64,000 nucleotides of DNA, taken from Sulfolobaceae archaeon (GTDB lineage: Archaea; Thermoproteota; Thermoprotei_A; Sulfolobales; Sulfolobaceae). Each line of letters starts with the position of its first letter. Position 1 is the first letter of the stretch. The stretch lies in assembly GCA_038893355.1 (NCBI GenBank), contig JAWARQ010000004.1, positions 32,001-96,000 on the forward strand, given 5' to 3'. A program made the translations under genes and the position numbers. Positions 62,621-64,000 of the stretch are shown here, one piece after another. The notes under the pieces were generated by a model. That model did not search any database. It was not told the DNA's origin and worked only from the letters and a program-made list of their open reading frames with translations.

Positions 62621-62672
62621 TTGTGGAAAATTAGTACTTATGCTTATAAGGGATTTTCGGTAAAATCATAAA

Positions 62673-62954
62673 ATGATGTTCTTAATAAAACAAATATTAT
62701 CCACTATAAAGGCTGGTGCATTGAATCCAGGTGAAGTTGCAAGTAAGACAGGATTACCAAGATATGAAGTGTTAGCTGCATTTCATATATTCGAGGCTCT
62801 TGGTTTAATAGAGTTAATATACTCGCGTGGGTCTCACAAAGTTTATAAATTAACTAAAAAGGGAGAAGAAGTATTGGAAGGTTTAGAGAAAGGTTTAACT
62901 ATAGATATAGTAGTCAAAGAAAGTGACATTAATAAAAATGAGAACATAATTTAA
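62673..62954 (+). CDS. Winged-helix DNA-binding protein
   Basis: PGEVASKTGLPRYEV...GLIE...YKLTKKG. Confidence 0.82.
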   Translation: MMFLIKQILSTIKAGALNPGEVASKTGLPRYEVLAAFHIFEALGLIELIYSRGSHKVYKLTKKGEEVLEGLEKGLTIDIVVKESDINKNENII

Positions 62955-63337
62955 AAAATATAATAATTATCATTAATTTTCATTATTATATTTTGGTTCA
63001 TTGGAATTGTAATATTACCTATAATATCTGATAATCTTATTAATGTATCTGGGGGTAGTGTATAGTTTGTAGTATATGTATTGTTATTTATTATAATTTC
63101 AGAAATATATGCATATATTTTCCCATAATTATATATGAAAATTTGGTTTGAATTATTATTTAATTTTATTAATATTATTTTGGTATCTAATTTTTCTTTT
63201 CCTTGATTTATGAGGGATAGAATTATGTTCTGGTTTTGATTATTAAGTGTACTATAATAAAGTAATAAAGGGACAAAAAAGCTGAGGACTACTATAGTTA
63301 CTATAAGAGTAGAAAAAATGGTTGAAATTCCTTTCAA
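62951..63337 (-). CDS. upsB: Type IV pilin, UpsB-like
   Basis: Class III signal MKG/ISTIF plus hydrophobic helix; position in ups locus. Confidence 0.7.
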   Translation of the reverse strand: MKGISTIFSTLIVTIVVLSFFVPLLLYYSTLNNQNQNIILSLINQGKEKLDTKIILIKLNNNSNQIFIYNYGKIYAYISEIIINNNTYTTNYTLPPDTLIRLSDIIGNITIPMNQNIIMKINDNYYIF

Positions 63338-63348
63338 TTTCAGTCCCT

Positions 63349-63789
63349 TTACGTTGTGCTAGCTAGAACATTTATTATTTGTGAGTAAGGTTGTCCGTTC
63401 TGAAACTGACCTTGGACTACAACTGTATATTGTTTGCCTGCGACTAATTGCATGTTAAGCATTATATAACCTTGCGTAGTTTGCCCAGGCTGGAGTACTA
63501 TTGTTTTTGTTAGTAAGTTGCTGTTTTGTTGAACTTCCGCAATTGAAATACTTGTAATATTAACTGCAATAGTACCTTGATTTGCTATTTGATAATATAG
63601 GAATGCTGTATTTGTTGAAGGATTTACTAGTAATTTTACAGTTGTTTGTACATTAGTTGTCTGTGTCATACTTCCAAATAATCCTTGACTATAGGCGTAG
63701 AGTAGGCCACCCATTGCTATTGTTATTGCAACTATTATTATAGTTCCTAGAATAGAAGATACAGCCCTCTTAATATTTCCTCTTCTCAC
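63349..63789 (-). CDS. upsA: Type IV pilin, UpsA-like
   Basis: KRA/VSSILGTIIIVAIT class III signal; synteny with endoIII-ParB-GT-Lhr. Confidence 0.78.
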   Translation of the reverse strand: MRRGNIKRAVSSILGTIIIVAITIAMGGLLYAYSQGLFGSMTQTTNVQTTVKLLVNPSTNTAFLYYQIANQGTIAVNITSISIAEVQQNSNLLTKTIVLQPGQTTQGYIMLNMQLVAGKQYTVVVQGQFQNGQPYSQIINVLASTT

Positions 63790-63803
63790 TTTCTCACCTA
63801 CTT

Positions 63804-64000
63804 TTATATTAGGGATATTAAATTAGGGGGGATGAATGTAAGTAATAGTGATATTGTAGAAGTTATGAGTACGTGAAATGGTTTTAAAATTGTAAATTCA
63901 GAAATTTTGGTGAATAATAATGCTAATGCTGCAGAGTATGATATTAATATTATATCAACTATATCACCAACTGTTGTTACTCTATAAGGATTTATCATAC
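63804..64000 (-). CDS. upsF: C-terminal part of pilus assembly membrane protein, UpsF-like (5' end outside window)
   Basis: Hydrophobic C-terminus directly upstream of two pilins; call rests mainly on synteny. Confidence 0.55.
   Translation of the reverse strand, partial: MINPYRVTTVGDIVDIILISYSAALALLFTKISEFTILKPFHVLITSTISLLLTFIPPNLISLI

Overview
AT-rich, gene-dense archaeal chromosomal segment; gene content and order point to Sulfolobales. It holds about 75 CDS, one tRNA-Gly(GCC) and one C/D-box sRNA. Main loci: XerA recombinase, acyl-CoA synthetases and transporters, RNA-processing genes (Trm10, Nob1, Rpp21, Nep1, YhbY, L7Ae), a coalescin/ClsN-like SMC protein, the herA-mre11-rad50-nurA operon, ppcA, gltX, and the distal ups pilus locus with its downstream endoIII / ParB-like / GT2 / Lhr genes. 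No CRISPR array, intact IS element or provirus was seen. Most notable observations: (1) many short-range, in-frame, nucleotide-exact repeat pairs inside unrelated genes, suggesting local gene conversion or template switching; (2) mre11, and probably a METTL5-like gene, can only be full length if initiated at an AUU codon; (3) the ups-linked 'ParB-like' protein looks like a SerK-type kinase coupled to a processive glycosyltransferase; (4) unannotated small elements: a 44-aa coiled-coil ORF, a possible structured RNA or micropeptide upstream of the NCS2 permease, and a K-turn leader on rpl7ae. All family calls come from motif recognition and recalled homolog sequences; no database search was run.
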